Assembly: GCA_035627155.1 (NCBI GenBank)
Contig: DASPMF010000296.1
Location: forward strand, 15,335 to 79,334
From: Burkholderiales bacterium
GTDB lineage: Bacteria; Pseudomonadota; Gammaproteobacteria; Burkholderiales; SG8-39
Reading direction: 5' to 3'
Length of the DNA stretch: 64,000 nucleotides
Positions 49,459 through 60,185 of the stretch are shown in pieces. The notes beneath the pieces were generated by a model. That model was given only the letters and a program-made list of their open reading frames with translations, was not told where the DNA came from and made no database searches. The stretch's first letter is position 1. Each line of letters begins with the position of its first letter. The position numbers and the translations under genes are program-made.

Positions 49459-49483
49459 CGAATCTGAATGCGTGAACCTTCGC

Positions 49484-49876
49484 TCAGCGTTTCGAGAACT
49501 GCTTGCGCCGCCTCGCCTTGTGCAGTCCGACCTTCTTTCGCTCCACCTCTCGCGCATCGCGCGTCACCAGTCCGGCCGAGCTGAGCGAGGGTTTCAGGGC
49601 GGCATCATACTCGATGAGCGCGCGCGAGATTCCGTGGCGCACCGCGCCGGCCTGGCCGCTTTCGCCGCCGCCGTACACGTTCACGAGGATGTCGAACGCG
49701 GTCAGGTTGTTGGTGAGCTCGAGCGGCTGGCGAACCACCATGCGTCCGGTCTCGCGGCCGAAGAAGCTGTCCACCGGCTTGCCGTTCACCACGAATTGGC
49801 CCTTGCCCGGCTTGAGGAAGACGCGCGCGACGGCGCTCTTGCGCCGCCCCGTGCCGTAGTAATAGTCGCCGACCAT
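49484..49876 (-). CDS. rpsI: 30S ribosomal protein S9
   Basis: The protein reads ...[21 protein letters not shown]... and ends [11 protein letters not shown]. Confidence 0.98.
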   Translation of the reverse strand: MVGDYYYGTGRRKSAVARVFLKPGKGQFVVNGKPVDSFFGRETGRMVVRQPLELTNNLTAFDILVNVYGGGESGQAGAVRHGISRALIEYDAALKPSLSSAGLVTRDAREVERKKVGLHKARRRKQFSKR

Positions 49877-50304
49877 CAGATCTCCAGTGCTTTGGGTTGT
49901 TGCGCGGCGTGCGGGTGCTTGTCGCCGGCGTAAACCTTGAGCTTGCGCAACATCGCGTAGCCGAGCGGGCCCTTCGGAAGCATGCCCTTGACCGCCTTCT
50001 CGAGCACGCGCTCCGGCTTGGCGGCATGCGCCTTGGCGAACGTCGTCGACTTGAGGCCGCCGGGGAATCCGGTGTGGCGGTAGTACATCTTGCGCTCGGC
50101 CTTGCGGCCGGTGACGCGAAGCTTCGACGCGTTGACGACGACGACATAGTCGCCGGTATCTACGTGCGGGGTGTACTCCGGCTTATGCTTGCCGCGCAAG
50201 CGCGCCGCGATCTGGACTGCAAGGCGCCCAAGCACCTTGCCTTGCGCGTCGACGACGACCCAGCCTTGCTGGATTTCGCCGGCCTTCGCCGTGTACGTTG
50301 TCAT
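49876..50304 (-). CDS. rplM: 50S ribosomal protein L13
   Basis: The protein reads ...[45 protein letters not shown]...[12 protein letters not shown]. Confidence 0.98.
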   Translation of the reverse strand: MTTYTAKAGEIQQGWVVVDAQGKVLGRLAVQIAARLRGKHKPEYTPHVDTGDYVVVVNASKLRVTGRKAERKMYYRHTGFPGGLKSTTFAKAHAAKPERVLEKAVKGMLPKGPLGYAMLRKLKVYAGDKHPHAAQQPKALEI

Positions 50305-50374
50305 GTCAGGATCTTCTAAGTGCGCGAAAAGGCGCGAATTCTACCGAAAAAACGGGGTTGAAGAGACGCGCGCC

Positions 50375-50403
50375 ATTATGATGCAAACCTTGCTGCATTG
50401 CAA
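50375..50403 (-). promoter_or_regulatory. Candidate sigma-70 promoter for rplM-rpsI
   Basis: The reverse strand has TTGCAA, a 17-nt spacer and CATAAT, about 70 nt upstream of the rplM ATG in the only AT-richer spacer here. This is a pattern match only. Confidence 0.3.
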
Positions 50404-50438
50404 CTAAACTGTGCGCGCATAGAGTAAGAGGGCTTTGA

Positions 50439-50855
50439 ATGGATTGCACAATTCGCTGGACCAGCGGAATGACCTTCTTGGCCGAGACCGGTAGCGGGCA
50501 TGTGCTCGCCATGGACGGCGCCCCGGAGGGCGGTGGTCGCAACCTGGCCCCCCGGCCCATGGAGGTAGTGCTTGCCGGGACCGGCGGTTGTACGGCCTAT
50601 GACGTTGTCGTCATCCTCAAGAAGAGCGGACAGGAGGTGACCGGCTGCGAAGTAAAGCTGACCTCGGTGCGCGCAGAAACCGATCCGAAGGTGTTCACCA
50701 GGATTCACATGCACTTCATCGTGCGGGGCAAGGCGCTCAAGCGCAATCTGGTTGAGCACGCGATTCGCCTGTCGCACGAAAAATACTGCTCGGCATCGAT
50801 CATGCTCGCGAAGACGGCCGAGATCACCAAGGACTTCGAGATCGTCGAAGCCTAG
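50439..50855 (+). CDS. OsmC-family peroxiredoxin-like protein
   Basis: The protein reads ...APRPMEVVLAGTGGCTAYDVVVILKK...HEKYCSASIML, with the two conserved Cys. Confidence 0.9.
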   Translation: MDCTIRWTSGMTFLAETGSGHVLAMDGAPEGGGRNLAPRPMEVVLAGTGGCTAYDVVVILKKSGQEVTGCEVKLTSVRAETDPKVFTRIHMHFIVRGKALKRNLVEHAIRLSHEKYCSASIMLAKTAEITKDFEIVEA

Positions 50856-51536
50856 CTACCTGCGCTGGCGGGTGGCCTGCATTGCCTGGAATTCGGCGAA
50901 CCACTCGTCCGCGTAGTCGCAGGTGCGGTAGGCGTCGAAGTACGGACCGCCGAGCGTGTAGTGCACGATCTTCGCCGAGGGCGAATAGTCGTACTCGCCG
51001 ACGAGCCAGTTCCACTCCAGCGGCAGTGCCCCGATGGCCTCGTCCCCGATCCAGTGGAACCGGTGCAGGTCGAGCCCCGAGGCAGTATTGACGTACTCCG
51101 GCGCTAGCGCGGCGCAGCGTTCGTTGTTCATTGCCATCAGGCTCGACCAGTTCTTGCGCGGGTATTTGGTCTGCACCTGGTCCAGGAACTTGCGTTCGGT
51201 CTTCGGCACGTAGTCGTGCTTGCACACCAGTACCGCCTTGTCCTTCTGGCGATCGATCTCTTCCTGGAGCCCTGCGATGTCGACGCGGCACAGCATGTCG
51301 CAGTCCATGAAGACGGACCACCCGCGAAATTCGGACAGGGCCGGGACGAGGAAGCGCGTCAGGCTGAATTCGGTGGATTCCGTCGGCCCGCGCGGCCGCG
51401 TGTAGAGACCCTTGAGCTGCGTCTGCATGAGGGGGGCGATGCTCACCGGTACGGAGGCGCGGCGCAGGATCGAATGCGCGAGCGTGTAGAACGCCGCCGA
51501 CTCGAAGGGGTCGTAGCCGATGAAGACGCGCAGCAC
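50856..51536 (-). CDS. Small GT8-like (GT-A, DXD) glycosyltransferase
   Basis: ORF 50856..51779 trimmed to the GTG at 51536, 2 nt after the coq7 stop. The protein reads (M)LRVFIGYDPFESAAFYTLAHSIL..., with DXD in VFMDCDML and ...IVHYTLGGPYF, resembling GT8 motifs. Confidence 0.7.
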   Translation of the reverse strand: MLRVFIGYDPFESAAFYTLAHSILRRASVPVSIAPLMQTQLKGLYTRPRGPTESTEFSLTRFLVPALSEFRGWSVFMDCDMLCRVDIAGLQEEIDRQKDKAVLVCKHDYVPKTERKFLDQVQTKYPRKNWSSLMAMNNERCAALAPEYVNTASGLDLHRFHWIGDEAIGALPLEWNWLVGEYDYSPSAKIVHYTLGGPYFDAYRTCDYADEWFAEFQAMQATRQRR

Positions 51537-51538
51537 GG

Positions 51539-52165
51539 CTAGATCCGGTACGACACCGTCGTCATCACCTTCGAGGCGACGCGCATGGCGGCCTTCACCG
51601 TCTCGGGGAGCTCGGCGGCGCCGAGGCGTAGCGCGGTCTCGCGATGACGTGCTTCGTCGGCCCGCATCGCCTCGATCAGGCGGCGTGTGCGTGCGTCGTT
51701 CGCGGAAAGCTGCCCAAGGTGTCCGGTCAGGTGCTCCTCGACCTGCCGTTCGGTTTCGGCGAGGAAAGCGAGATTCCAACGGTCACCGATCGCTCCGGCC
51801 ACGGCGCCGAAAACCAGGGACCCGCCGTACCACAAGGGATTGAGGAGGCTCTCGCGTCCGCCGAGTTCCGCGATCCGCGCCGCACACCAGGCCAGGTGAT
51901 CCCGCTCTTCTTCGGACGCCTCGAGCAGCGTTGAACGGGTGCCCGGGTCGCGCGCGGTCAGGGCCTGACCTTCGTAGAGCGCCTGGGCGCATACCTCGCC
52001 GACGTGGTTGACGCGCATCAGCGCGGCGCCAAGGCGGCGTTCCTCTGTAGAAAGACTCGTGTCCGACACCTCGGCAGCCGGTGAAGGGCGCCGCGCCGGG
52101 GCGACGCCAGCAAGGGTTCGCAGCGCCCGGTCAAAGCTCCCGATCAGCTCGTCAGCCAGCGGCAT
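51539..52165 (-). CDS. coq7: 2-polyprenyl-3-methyl-6-methoxy-1,4-benzoquinone monooxygenase (di-iron Coq7)
   Basis: The protein reads LMRVNHVGEVCAQALYEGQ..., with EERDHLAW, ETERQVEEHL and DEARHRE (ExxH di-iron ligand repeats). Confidence 0.93.
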   Translation of the reverse strand: MPLADELIGSFDRALRTLAGVAPARRPSPAAEVSDTSLSTEERRLGAALMRVNHVGEVCAQALYEGQALTARDPGTRSTLLEASEEERDHLAWCAARIAELGGRESLLNPLWYGGSLVFGAVAGAIGDRWNLAFLAETERQVEEHLTGHLGQLSANDARTRRLIEAMRADEARHRETALRLGAAELPETVKAAMRVASKVMTTVSYRI

Positions 52166-52179
52166 GCGCAGAGGCTAGC

Positions 52180-52207
52180 AAAAAAAACGGGCGCCCGAAG
52201 GCGCCCG
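52180..52207 (-). terminator. Strong intrinsic terminator after the porin gene
   Basis: The reverse strand has CGGGCGCC-UUCG-GGCGCCCG followed by eight U. It lies 30 nt after the porin stop and 15 nt before the coq7 ATG. Confidence 0.85.
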
Positions 52208-52237
52208 TCCAGTGCTTCTTCTTCTGGTGCTTTTTTC

Positions 52238-53398
52238 TTAGAACGAGTGGCGAACCGTCAACGCGAGCAGACGGCCATCTTCACCATTCGTCATGGTCGA
52301 GCTCGTGCTGCCCAGCCCGCCCGTGTTGGTGAAGAAGTTGTACGCGGCGTTCGTGTCGTTGTTGATGCGAGCGTAGGTCAGGCCGACCGACGTGCGCTTC
52401 GACAGCAGGTACGAGTACGCGATCGCGAACATGTTCGCGCCGCTCTCGTTCCCGGTGATGTCGTCATCACCAGCACGGGTGTAGTGGCCAGCGAGGTGGT
52501 GCGGGCCAGCCGTCCAGCTGACGGGAACCGTCCAGGCGCGGCGATCTTGCGTCTTCGCGCCGGTGAGCGGGTTCTCGACTTCGGACTGGTTGATGCCCAG
52601 GCCCACCTTGATCGCGCCAAAGCGCATGAAGCCGTAGAACGAGTTGCTTTCCTGATCCGCGCTACCCGCGCTCGGCGTGCCGGCCGCGACCACACCGGTG
52701 GTGGCGTTCAGCGTGAACGTGCCAGCGGCGCTCGGGGCGTCCGCCTTGCGACGCCAGTGGCTCCAGCCCACCTGCCAGTTGCTCGTCGTGTAGGACGGGT
52801 TGAAGTTCCAAGCATTTCCCTTGCGCTGGGTGCTCGACAGATCCGCTTCGTCGCCCGTGGCGTTCGTGGAATAGGCCGCCGTGAAGGCGAAACCGCTCCA
52901 GTTCGGGGAGTCGTACCGGATCACGTTCGAGGTACGCGTCGCACCGGCAATCGCCTGGCCGTTTTCCGTGAAGTCCATGAGGGACACGGAGGCGGCCATC
53001 AGCGCGCCCGCGAGGGCGGCCGTGTCGTCCGGCTGCTTGCCATAGTGCAGGTCGTGGCGACCGAGGGTGATCGTGCCGAGCGACGTGCTGCGGATACCGA
53101 CCCAGGTGTTGCCCGACTCGGCGAAGTTGCCGCCGGCGTCGTCGAGTTGCGGACGCGCATCCAGTTGCGCGATGCCGGAGAGCCCGCCGCCGAGGTCTTC
53201 GGTGATGCCGAAGATCATGCGGGACGAGTTATCCGTAACGCGGGTTTCGCTCTTGTTGCCAGCACGGGTGCTGTTCGAGACGCGGTAATTGTCGATACCG
53301 ACCTTGAATACGCCGGAGATCGTCACGGCCGATTGCGCCATCGCAAGCGGCGACGCGAGCGCGCCGGCTACTGCCACTGCCAGGAGTTTCTTCTGCAT
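52238..53398 (-). CDS. Outer-membrane general porin (betaproteobacterial OmpC/Omp32-like)
   Basis: ORF 52238..53449 trimmed to the ATG at 53398, giving the signal peptide MQKKLLAVAVAGALASPLAMA. It shows an alternating beta-strand pattern and ends C-terminally ...LALTVRHSF. Confidence 0.92.
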   Translation of the reverse strand: MQKKLLAVAVAGALASPLAMAQSAVTISGVFKVGIDNYRVSNSTRAGNKSETRVTDNSSRMIFGITEDLGGGLSGIAQLDARPQLDDAGGNFAESGNTWVGIRSTSLGTITLGRHDLHYGKQPDDTAALAGALMAASVSLMDFTENGQAIAGATRTSNVIRYDSPNWSGFAFTAAYSTNATGDEADLSSTQRKGNAWNFNPSYTTSNWQVGWSHWRRKADAPSAAGTFTLNATTGVVAAGTPSAGSADQESNSFYGFMRFGAIKVGLGINQSEVENPLTGAKTQDRRAWTVPVSWTAGPHHLAGHYTRAGDDDITGNESGANMFAIAYSYLLSKRTSVGLTYARINNDTNAAYNFFTNTGGLGSTSSTMTNGEDGRLLALTVRHSF

Positions 53399-53600
53399 AA
53401 ATGCTCCCCTCTGTTGTCGATTTCGGCGGCGCTTGCGCGCCGCCCCCAACCCCGAAGTCCTTTAGGGTTTGCGCCATTTTGCGGATGGCGTGGCGCCGGA
53501 GCAACGAAATGAAGGGTTCGCGGGGCACAGTTTCCGCCGCTGTTGTTTCGTCGCAACAGGGATGCTGCGTCGCCGCGCGACGACCTAAGTCATTGTTTTA

Positions 53601-54374
53601 CTACGCGAACAGGGCCCGCAGCGCGTCTCCGGGGTCCTTCGCGCGCATGAAAGCCTCCCCGACGAGGAACGCTTCCACGCCCGCCGAGCGCATGCGCTGG
53701 ACGTCCTCCCTAAGCGCGATGCCGCTCTCCGTCACGACGATTCGCTCTGCAGGAACGCGTGGCAGCAATTCCAGCGTGGTTTCAAGGCGCGTCTCGAAGG
53801 TGCGCAGGTTGCGGTTATTGATGCCGAGCAGCGGTGTCTTCAATGCAAGCGCGAGACCCAGCTCGCGCGCGTCGTGTACCTCGACGAGTACCGCCATGCC
53901 CTGCTCGAATGCGCACGCCTCCAGCTCCGCCATCTGCGACGGAGCAAGGCACGCGGCGATGAGGAGGATGCAATCCGCGCCCATCGCGCGCGCTTCGTAC
54001 ACCTGGTAGGGGTCGATCACGAAGTCCTTGCGCAGCACGGGCATCGTGCAGGCGGCGCGCGCGGCGAAGAGGTGCGACGGGGCGCCCTGGAAGAACCGCG
54101 CGTCGGTCAGCACCGAGAGGCAGGCGGCGCCGCCGCGCTCATAGCTTCGCGCGATGGACGCCGGATCGAAGTCGCTCCGCAGCACGCCCTTGGACGGACT
54201 CGCGCGCTTGACCTCCGCGATGACCGCGGGCCGCTTGCCGAGCACCGCCGCCACGAAATCGCGAGCAGGCCCAGCCGCGCGCGCCTCGGCCTGGAGGCGG
54301 GTAAGCGGCACGCTGGCGCGCGCAGCAGCGACTTCCGCGCGCTTTGCGTCGACGATCGTATCGAGGATCGTCAC
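53601..54374 (-). CDS. trpC: Indole-3-glycerol-phosphate synthase
   Basis: The tail of ORF 53601..55910, from the GTG at 54374, which overlaps the trpD stop (GTGA). The protein reads [13 protein letters not shown]...[13 protein letters not shown]...LRKDF...VEVH...GINNRNL. Confidence 0.95.
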   Translation of the reverse strand: MTILDTIVDAKRAEVAAARASVPLTRLQAEARAAGPARDFVAAVLGKRPAVIAEVKRASPSKGVLRSDFDPASIARSYERGGAACLSVLTDARFFQGAPSHLFAARAACTMPVLRKDFVIDPYQVYEARAMGADCILLIAACLAPSQMAELEACAFEQGMAVLVEVHDARELGLALALKTPLLGINNRNLRTFETRLETTLELLPRVPAERIVVTESGIALREDVQRMRSAGVEAFLVGEAFMRAKDPGDALRALFA

Positions 54375-55398
54375 TTCAGCGACTGGGTGAACGCGACGAA
54401 GCCGTCGAGCTTGCGTTTGGCCTCGCCACTCTCCACGGCCTGGAGGGCGCGCTCGATGCCGCCCTTCAGCGAACCGGCCAGCCCGGAAACATAGATGGCG
54501 GCACCCGCGTTGAGGGCCGCGATGCTGCGGGCCGGTCCCGGCTGGTTGGCAAGCACGCCGAGGATCATGTCGCGCGACTCCTCCGGACCGTGCACTTCGA
54601 TCCCGCGCCGGTCGTAGAGCTCGAGCCCGAAATCGGAGGGATGGATGCGGTATTCCTCCACCGCCCCGTTGACCAGCTCGCCAACCAGCGTTTCGCCCGA
54701 GATCGAGATTTCGTCCAGGCCGTCCAGACCGTGGACCACCATGACGTGCCGCGATCCGAGCCGCTGCAGCACGCGCACCTGGATGCCCACCAGGTCGGTA
54801 TGGAAGACGCCCATGACCTGATTCCTGGCCCCGGCCGGATTCGTGAGCGGGCCGAGGATGTTGAAGATCGTGCGCACCCCGAGCTCCTTGCGCACCGGCG
54901 CGGCGAACTTCATCGCCTGGTGATGGGCGGGGGCGAACATGAACCCCAGGCCGATGCGCTCGATGCATTGGCCGGTCTGCAACGGCGAGAGGTTGATATT
55001 GGCGCCCAGGCTCTCGAGCACCTCCGCGCTTCCCGAAGAGGAGGAGACGGAGCGTCCCATGTGCTTCGCAACGCGCGCACCGGCAGCCGCGGCGATGAAT
55101 GCGGCGCAGGTCGATATGTTGAACGTATGCGCCGAATCGCCGCCGGTGCCGCAGGTATCGACGAGGTGCTTGTCGTCCTTGACCTCCACGTGGGTCGCAA
55201 GCTCGCGCATCACTTGCGCCGCGGCGGCGATCTCTCCGATCGTCTCCTTCTTGACGCGCAGCCCGGTAATGAACCCGGCGATCTGCGCGGGGGTCAGCTC
55301 GCCGCGCATGATCTGCCGCATGATGTGGAGCATCTCGTCGTGGAATACTTCGCGGTGCTCGACGGTGCGCTGGATCGCCTCGGCGATGGTGATCGGTT

Positions 55399-55402
<4 letters not shown>
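54371..55402 (-). CDS. trpD: Anthranilate phosphoribosyltransferase
   Basis: The protein reads ...[19 protein letters not shown]...GNPAG-like region...NAGAAIY. Confidence 0.96.
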
Positions 55403-55970
<568 letters not shown>

Positions 55971-55974
<4 letters not shown>

Positions 55975-57482
55975 GCGGCCGCCTTACGCGGCGGCTGCTC
56001 CGCCGACGCGATTTCCGCCGCCCGCAGGAGGGCGCGCGCCTTGTGCTGCGTTTCACGCCATTCGGCCAGCGGGTCGGAATCCGCGACGACGCCGGCAGCC
56101 GCCTGCACGTGCAGCATGCCGTTGCGTACGACCGCCGTGCGGATGCCGATCGCGACGTCCATGTCGCCATTGAAGCCGAGATAGCCCACCGCTCCGCTGT
56201 AGATGCCGCGCTTGACCGGCTCGAGCTCGTCGATGATCTGCATGGCGCGTACCTTGGGCGCGCCCGTCACGGTGCCCGCCGGGAAGCTGGCCTTCAGGAC
56301 GTCGATCGCATCCAGCCCGGTACGGATGCGGCCCTCCACGTTGGACACGATGTGCATCACGTGCGAATAGCGCTCGACGACCATCTGCTCGGTGACCTTG
56401 ACGCTTCCCGCGCTTGCGATCCGGCCGACGTCGTTGCGGCCCAGATCGATCAGCATCACGTGCTCGGCACGCTCCTTTGGATCGGCCAGGAGCTCCTCCG
56501 CGCGCGCAGCGTCCTCCGCCGGCGTCGTCCCGCGCGGCCGTGTCCCGGCGATTGGTCGCAGCGTGACCGTGCCGCCGGAAAGCCGGACGAGAATCTCCGG
56601 CGAGGCGCCGACGACGTGATGGTCGTCGAAATCGAAATAGAACATGTATGGCGACGGATTGAGCCCGCGCAGCGCGCGGTACAGCGCGAGCGGCGAGGCG
56701 TCCAGCGCGCGCGAGGTCCGCTGCGAGACCTGGACCTGCATGCAATCCCCCGCGAGGATGTATTCCTTGGCGCGCTTCACCGCGTCCACGAAGCCGGCTT
56801 CGGTGAAGCTGCACTGCAAAGGCGCCTGCGAAGCAGCAACCGACGAAGGGAAGAGCGCCAGCGGATCGGCGACGGGCGCCGCCAGCCGCGAGAGCAGCTG
56901 GCCGAGCCGCGCCTGCGCGCGCTCGAACGCGCCCGGCTCGCGGGGGTCTGCGTAGACGACCACATAGAGCTTGCCGAGCACGTTGTCCACGACGGCCAGC
57001 TCGTCGGAGACCAGCAGCAGCGCGTCGGGCGTGCCGATCACGTCCGGCTTTGCGCCGGCGAGCGCCCGCGGCTCGATGTGCCGCACGGTGTCGTAGCCGA
57101 AATAGCCCACGAGGCCGCCGCCGAAGCGCACGCTCGCGGGCGCCGGGGCGACACGATGCCGGGCGAGCCATTCCCGCGCATAGCGGAACGGGTCGCCGTG
57201 CGCCACTTCCTCCAGGCATACATCCGTGCCGCGGGCGTCGCGCAGCAGGCGGCGCAGCGAGCCGCCGCGCGCTTCGACGCGCTCGGCGCAGGCGAGGCCG
57301 ATGAACGAATAGCGACCGAAGCGCTCTCCCCCGACGACCGATTCGAGCAGGTAGGAAAAAGGTCCGCCGGCCAGCTTGAGGTACACCGCGAGCGGCGTGT
57401 AGAGGTCCGCGCGCGCTTCGGCGATCACCGGCACGCGGGTAAAGCCCTGCGCGGCGAGCGCCTTGAATTCGAGGTCGGTCAT
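55971..57482 (-). CDS. trpE: Anthranilate synthase component I
   Basis: 503 aa, reading ...[17 protein letters not shown]...GTRPRG...NDVGRI...[15 protein letters not shown]...[10 protein letters not shown]. Confidence 0.96.
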
Positions 57483-57665
57483 GTCGTCGCTTCCACTGCA
57501 GACTGCGATGGGACGGGAACTACGCTTGCGGCATCAGGAGAGCGCGCCGCCGAGCCGCCCGGGGCGCGCGAGGATCTAGCGGCGCCAGGGGCGCCAGCTG
57601 CGCCAGGAGAGGACTGCTGCGGAAGAGGTGGAATTCACGACGGCGCAGAATATAGCACGCCGCAT
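57483..57665 (-). promoter_or_regulatory. Candidate trp leader region (leader peptide ORF 57576..57638, or ..57665, plus GC hairpin)
   Basis: On the reverse strand, GTG at 57638 gives VNSTSSAAVLSWRSWRPWRR-stop. An in-frame ATG at 57665 overlaps the rpe stop. A hairpin of about 10 bp, GCGCGCCCCG...CGG(C)GGCGCGC, follows the stop codon. Confidence 0.55.
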
Positions 57666-58324
57666 CAGGCGAGCTGCGAGCGCATCTCGCGGATCACCGC
57701 GGCGTAGTCCGCCGCCCCGAAGATGGCCGACCCGGCAACGAACGTATCGGCGCCTGCGCGCGCTACCTCGGCGATGTTTTGGGCCTTGATGCCGCCGTCC
57801 ACTTCCAGCCAGATGTCCTTGCCGGTCGCGGCGATGCGCTTGCGCGCCTCGGAGATCTTCGGCAGGACGCCGGGGATGAATTGCTGGCCACCGAACCCCG
57901 GATTCACCGACATGAGCAGCACGAGATCGAGCTTCTCGATCGTGTAGTCGAGGTAGTCGAGCGGCGTGGCGGGGTTGAACACCAGGCCGGCCTTGCAGCC
58001 GTGCTCCCGGATGAGCTCGATCGTCCGGTCCACGTGCTCCGACGCTTCAGGATGGAAGCTGATGATGTCGGCGCCGGCCTTGGCGAAGTCGGGAATGATG
58101 CGATCCACCGGCCGGACCATCAGGTGTACGTCGAGCGGCAGCTTCACATGGGGCCGGAGCGCAGCGCATACGAGCGGGCCGACGGTCAGGTTCGGAACGT
58201 AATGGTTGTCCATCACGTCGAAGTGGATGACGTCCGCACCGGCGGCGGCCACGGCGCGCACCTCTTCCCCAAGCCGGGAGAAGTCGGCGGAAAGGATGCT
58301 TGGCGCAATCCGGGATCTGCCCAT
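57665..58324 (-). CDS. rpe: Ribulose-phosphate 3-epimerase
   Basis: The protein reads ...[17 protein letters not shown]...[15 protein letters not shown]...VNPGFGGQ. Confidence 0.96.
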   Translation of the reverse strand: MGRSRIAPSILSADFSRLGEEVRAVAAAGADVIHFDVMDNHYVPNLTVGPLVCAALRPHVKLPLDVHLMVRPVDRIIPDFAKAGADIISFHPEASEHVDRTIELIREHGCKAGLVFNPATPLDYLDYTIEKLDLVLLMSVNPGFGGQQFIPGVLPKISEARKRIAATGKDIWLEVDGGIKAQNIAEVARAGADTFVAGSAIFGAADYAAVIREMRSQLA

Positions 58325-60185
58325 GTCATGGCATTCTATCGCCCGCCTCAGGCGCGCACATGTGGAGAGTCGTTTGACGAGGGAAGACGCAGAAGCGAAG
58401 CATGAATTGGCCGACTCGCTGCGTCGAACCGGCAGATTCGCCGAAGCCCTGGAGCTCTACCGGTTCCTGCTTTCCGGGAACCCGCAGGACGCTCGCGCGC
58501 ATGCCGGATTCGTGCATTCGCTACGCGCTTCTGGACAAGTGCGAGACGCGGCTGTGGCGGGCGAGCGTGCGGTTACCGCAGCGCCCTCCTATGCCCCGGC
58601 ATGGTTCCATTTCGGCGCGGCGCTTGCCCTGTGCGGCCGTTCCGACGAGGCGCTGGCCGCATACGAGCGTTGCATCGGCATGGATGCCCGCTATGCCGAG
58701 GCCTGGAGCAATCTCGGCGCATTGCTCGGCGCGCGCGGCGACGTCAAGGGCGAGATCGAGGCTTACCGTCGGGCGATCGAGGCGAGGCCCGACCTCGCGC
58801 CGATCTGGATCAACATCGCCAGCGCCCTCTACGCCTCCGGAGAATTGGTGGAGGCCGAACGTTCCTGTCGCCGCGCGCTGGAGCTCGAGCCGCGCGCGGC
58901 CGGGGCGTGGGTCAACCTCGGCAATGTTCTGAAGGATCGCGGGCGGCGGCCCGAGGCCCTCCAGGCTTTCGCCGAAGCGATCGAGTGCGAACCGGGCTTG
59001 CCCGAAGCGTGGCTCGGCCAGGGCATCGTGCAGCACGAGAATGGCGACCACGCAAGCGCCGTGGCGTCGCTCCAGCGTTCCTGCCTTCTCAATCCCAAGC
59101 TCGTCGAGGCGCACGTGAACCTTGGACGCGTGCTGAGCTACCTTGGCGAGCAGGGATCCGCGATTGAGTCCTTCCGGCGCGCGCTCGCCATCGACCGGGA
59201 TCATGCCGAGGCATCATGGTCCCTGTCCTTGCTCCTGCTCGCCGCAGGCCGGCTGGAGGAAGGCTGGCGCCTCTATGAGAGCCGCTGGCGCCGGCGCTCG
59301 GCCGCATCGCCGCGCTTTCCGCTGCCGAGGGCGGCACCTCGCTTCGAGCGCGGCGAATCCGTGCTCGTATGGGGCGAGCAGGGCGTCGGGGACGAATTAC
59401 TGCACGCGCCACTCGCACGGGAACTGACCGCCCTCGGAGTCCATGTCACCCTGGAGTGCGACCCTCGGCTCGTCACGCTCCTCAAGCGCTCCCTTGGCCG
59501 AGTCGCGGTCGTACCGCGGACCGATCCGCCTTCCGTCCAGGCCGGCGCCTTTGACCACGCCGTGCCGGCCGCGAGCCTGGGAAGCGTCCGGCGCCCGTCG
59601 TTTGAGCATTTTCCCGCCGATGGAAGCTGGCTCAAGCCGGATCCTGCGCGCACGGACGCGATCGCTACGTGCCTGAAGCGCAGCGGGCACCGTCGGACGG
59701 TGGGGATTTCCTGGAGAAGCCGCAATCCGGACATCGGCAAGACGAAATCGGTGCCCCTCGAACTGTGGCGGCCCGTGCTGCAAATGACCGACTTCGACTT
59801 CGTGAGCCTGCAATACGGCACCACCGACGCGGAGCTCGCGCAGATCGAATCGATCCTCCCCGGACGGGTGTCCGCGCTCGAGGGTCTCGACCTCACCAAC
59901 GATCTGGAGGATCTGGCGGCCCTTGCCGCCAACTGCGACCTCGTGCTCACGGTCAGCAACGTGACCGCCCATTTTGCCGGTGCGCTCGGCCGGCCGACAT
60001 GGGTCATGGTTCCCGCGGGGAGGAGCCGGCACTGGTACTGGTTCGCCGGCCGACGCGACAATCCATGGTACCCAAGCATGCGCCTGTTCGCGCAGACCCG
60101 GGTCGACGAATGGCCGCCCGTCATCGAGGACGTCCGTGCCGCCCTCGCCAGCTGGGGCGTGGCACACAATAGAATTCAGCCATGA
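58323..60185 (+). CDS. TPR-repeat protein fused to a GT9 (heptosyltransferase-like) glycosyltransferase domain
   Basis: ORF 58206..60185. The first start not inside rpe is ATG 58323; in-frame alternatives are GTG 58362 and TTG 58374. There are about 8 TPR units ([36 protein letters not shown]...). The C-terminal half has [14 protein letters not shown], ...TVGISWRS.. and ...[23 protein letters not shown], typical of GT9. Confidence 0.85.
   Translation: MSWHSIARLRRAHVESRLTREDAEAKHELADSLRRTGRFAEALELYRFLLSGNPQDARAHAGFVHSLRASGQVRDAAVAGERAVTAAPSYAPAWFHFGAALALCGRSDEALAAYERCIGMDARYAEAWSNLGALLGARGDVKGEIEAYRRAIEARPDLAPIWINIASALYASGELVEAERSCRRALELEPRAAGAWVNLGNVLKDRGRRPEALQAFAEAIECEPGLPEAWLGQGIVQHENGDHASAVASLQRSCLLNPKLVEAHVNLGRVLSYLGEQGSAIESFRRALAIDRDHAEASWSLSLLLLAAGRLEEGWRLYESRWRRRSAASPRFPLPRAAPRFERGESVLVWGEQGVGDELLHAPLARELTALGVHVTLECDPRLVTLLKRSLGRVAVVPRTDPPSVQAGAFDHAVPAASLGSVRRPSFEHFPADGSWLKPDPARTDAIATCLKRSGHRRTVGISWRSRNPDIGKTKSVPLELWRPVLQMTDFDFVSLQYGTTDAELAQIESILPGRVSALEGLDLTNDLEDLAALAANCDLVLTVSNVTAHFAGALGRPTWVMVPAGRSRHWYWFAGRRDNPWYPSMRLFAQTRVDEWPPVIEDVRAALASWGVAHNRIQP

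Noticed and set aside
50398-50425. A plus-strand OsmC promoter sharing the palindromic TTGCAA hexamer (TTGCAA-16-TAGAGT)
   Set aside because: The implied transcription start would fall after the AAGAGGG ribosome-binding site. The arrangement is internally inconsistent unless the mRNA is leaderless.
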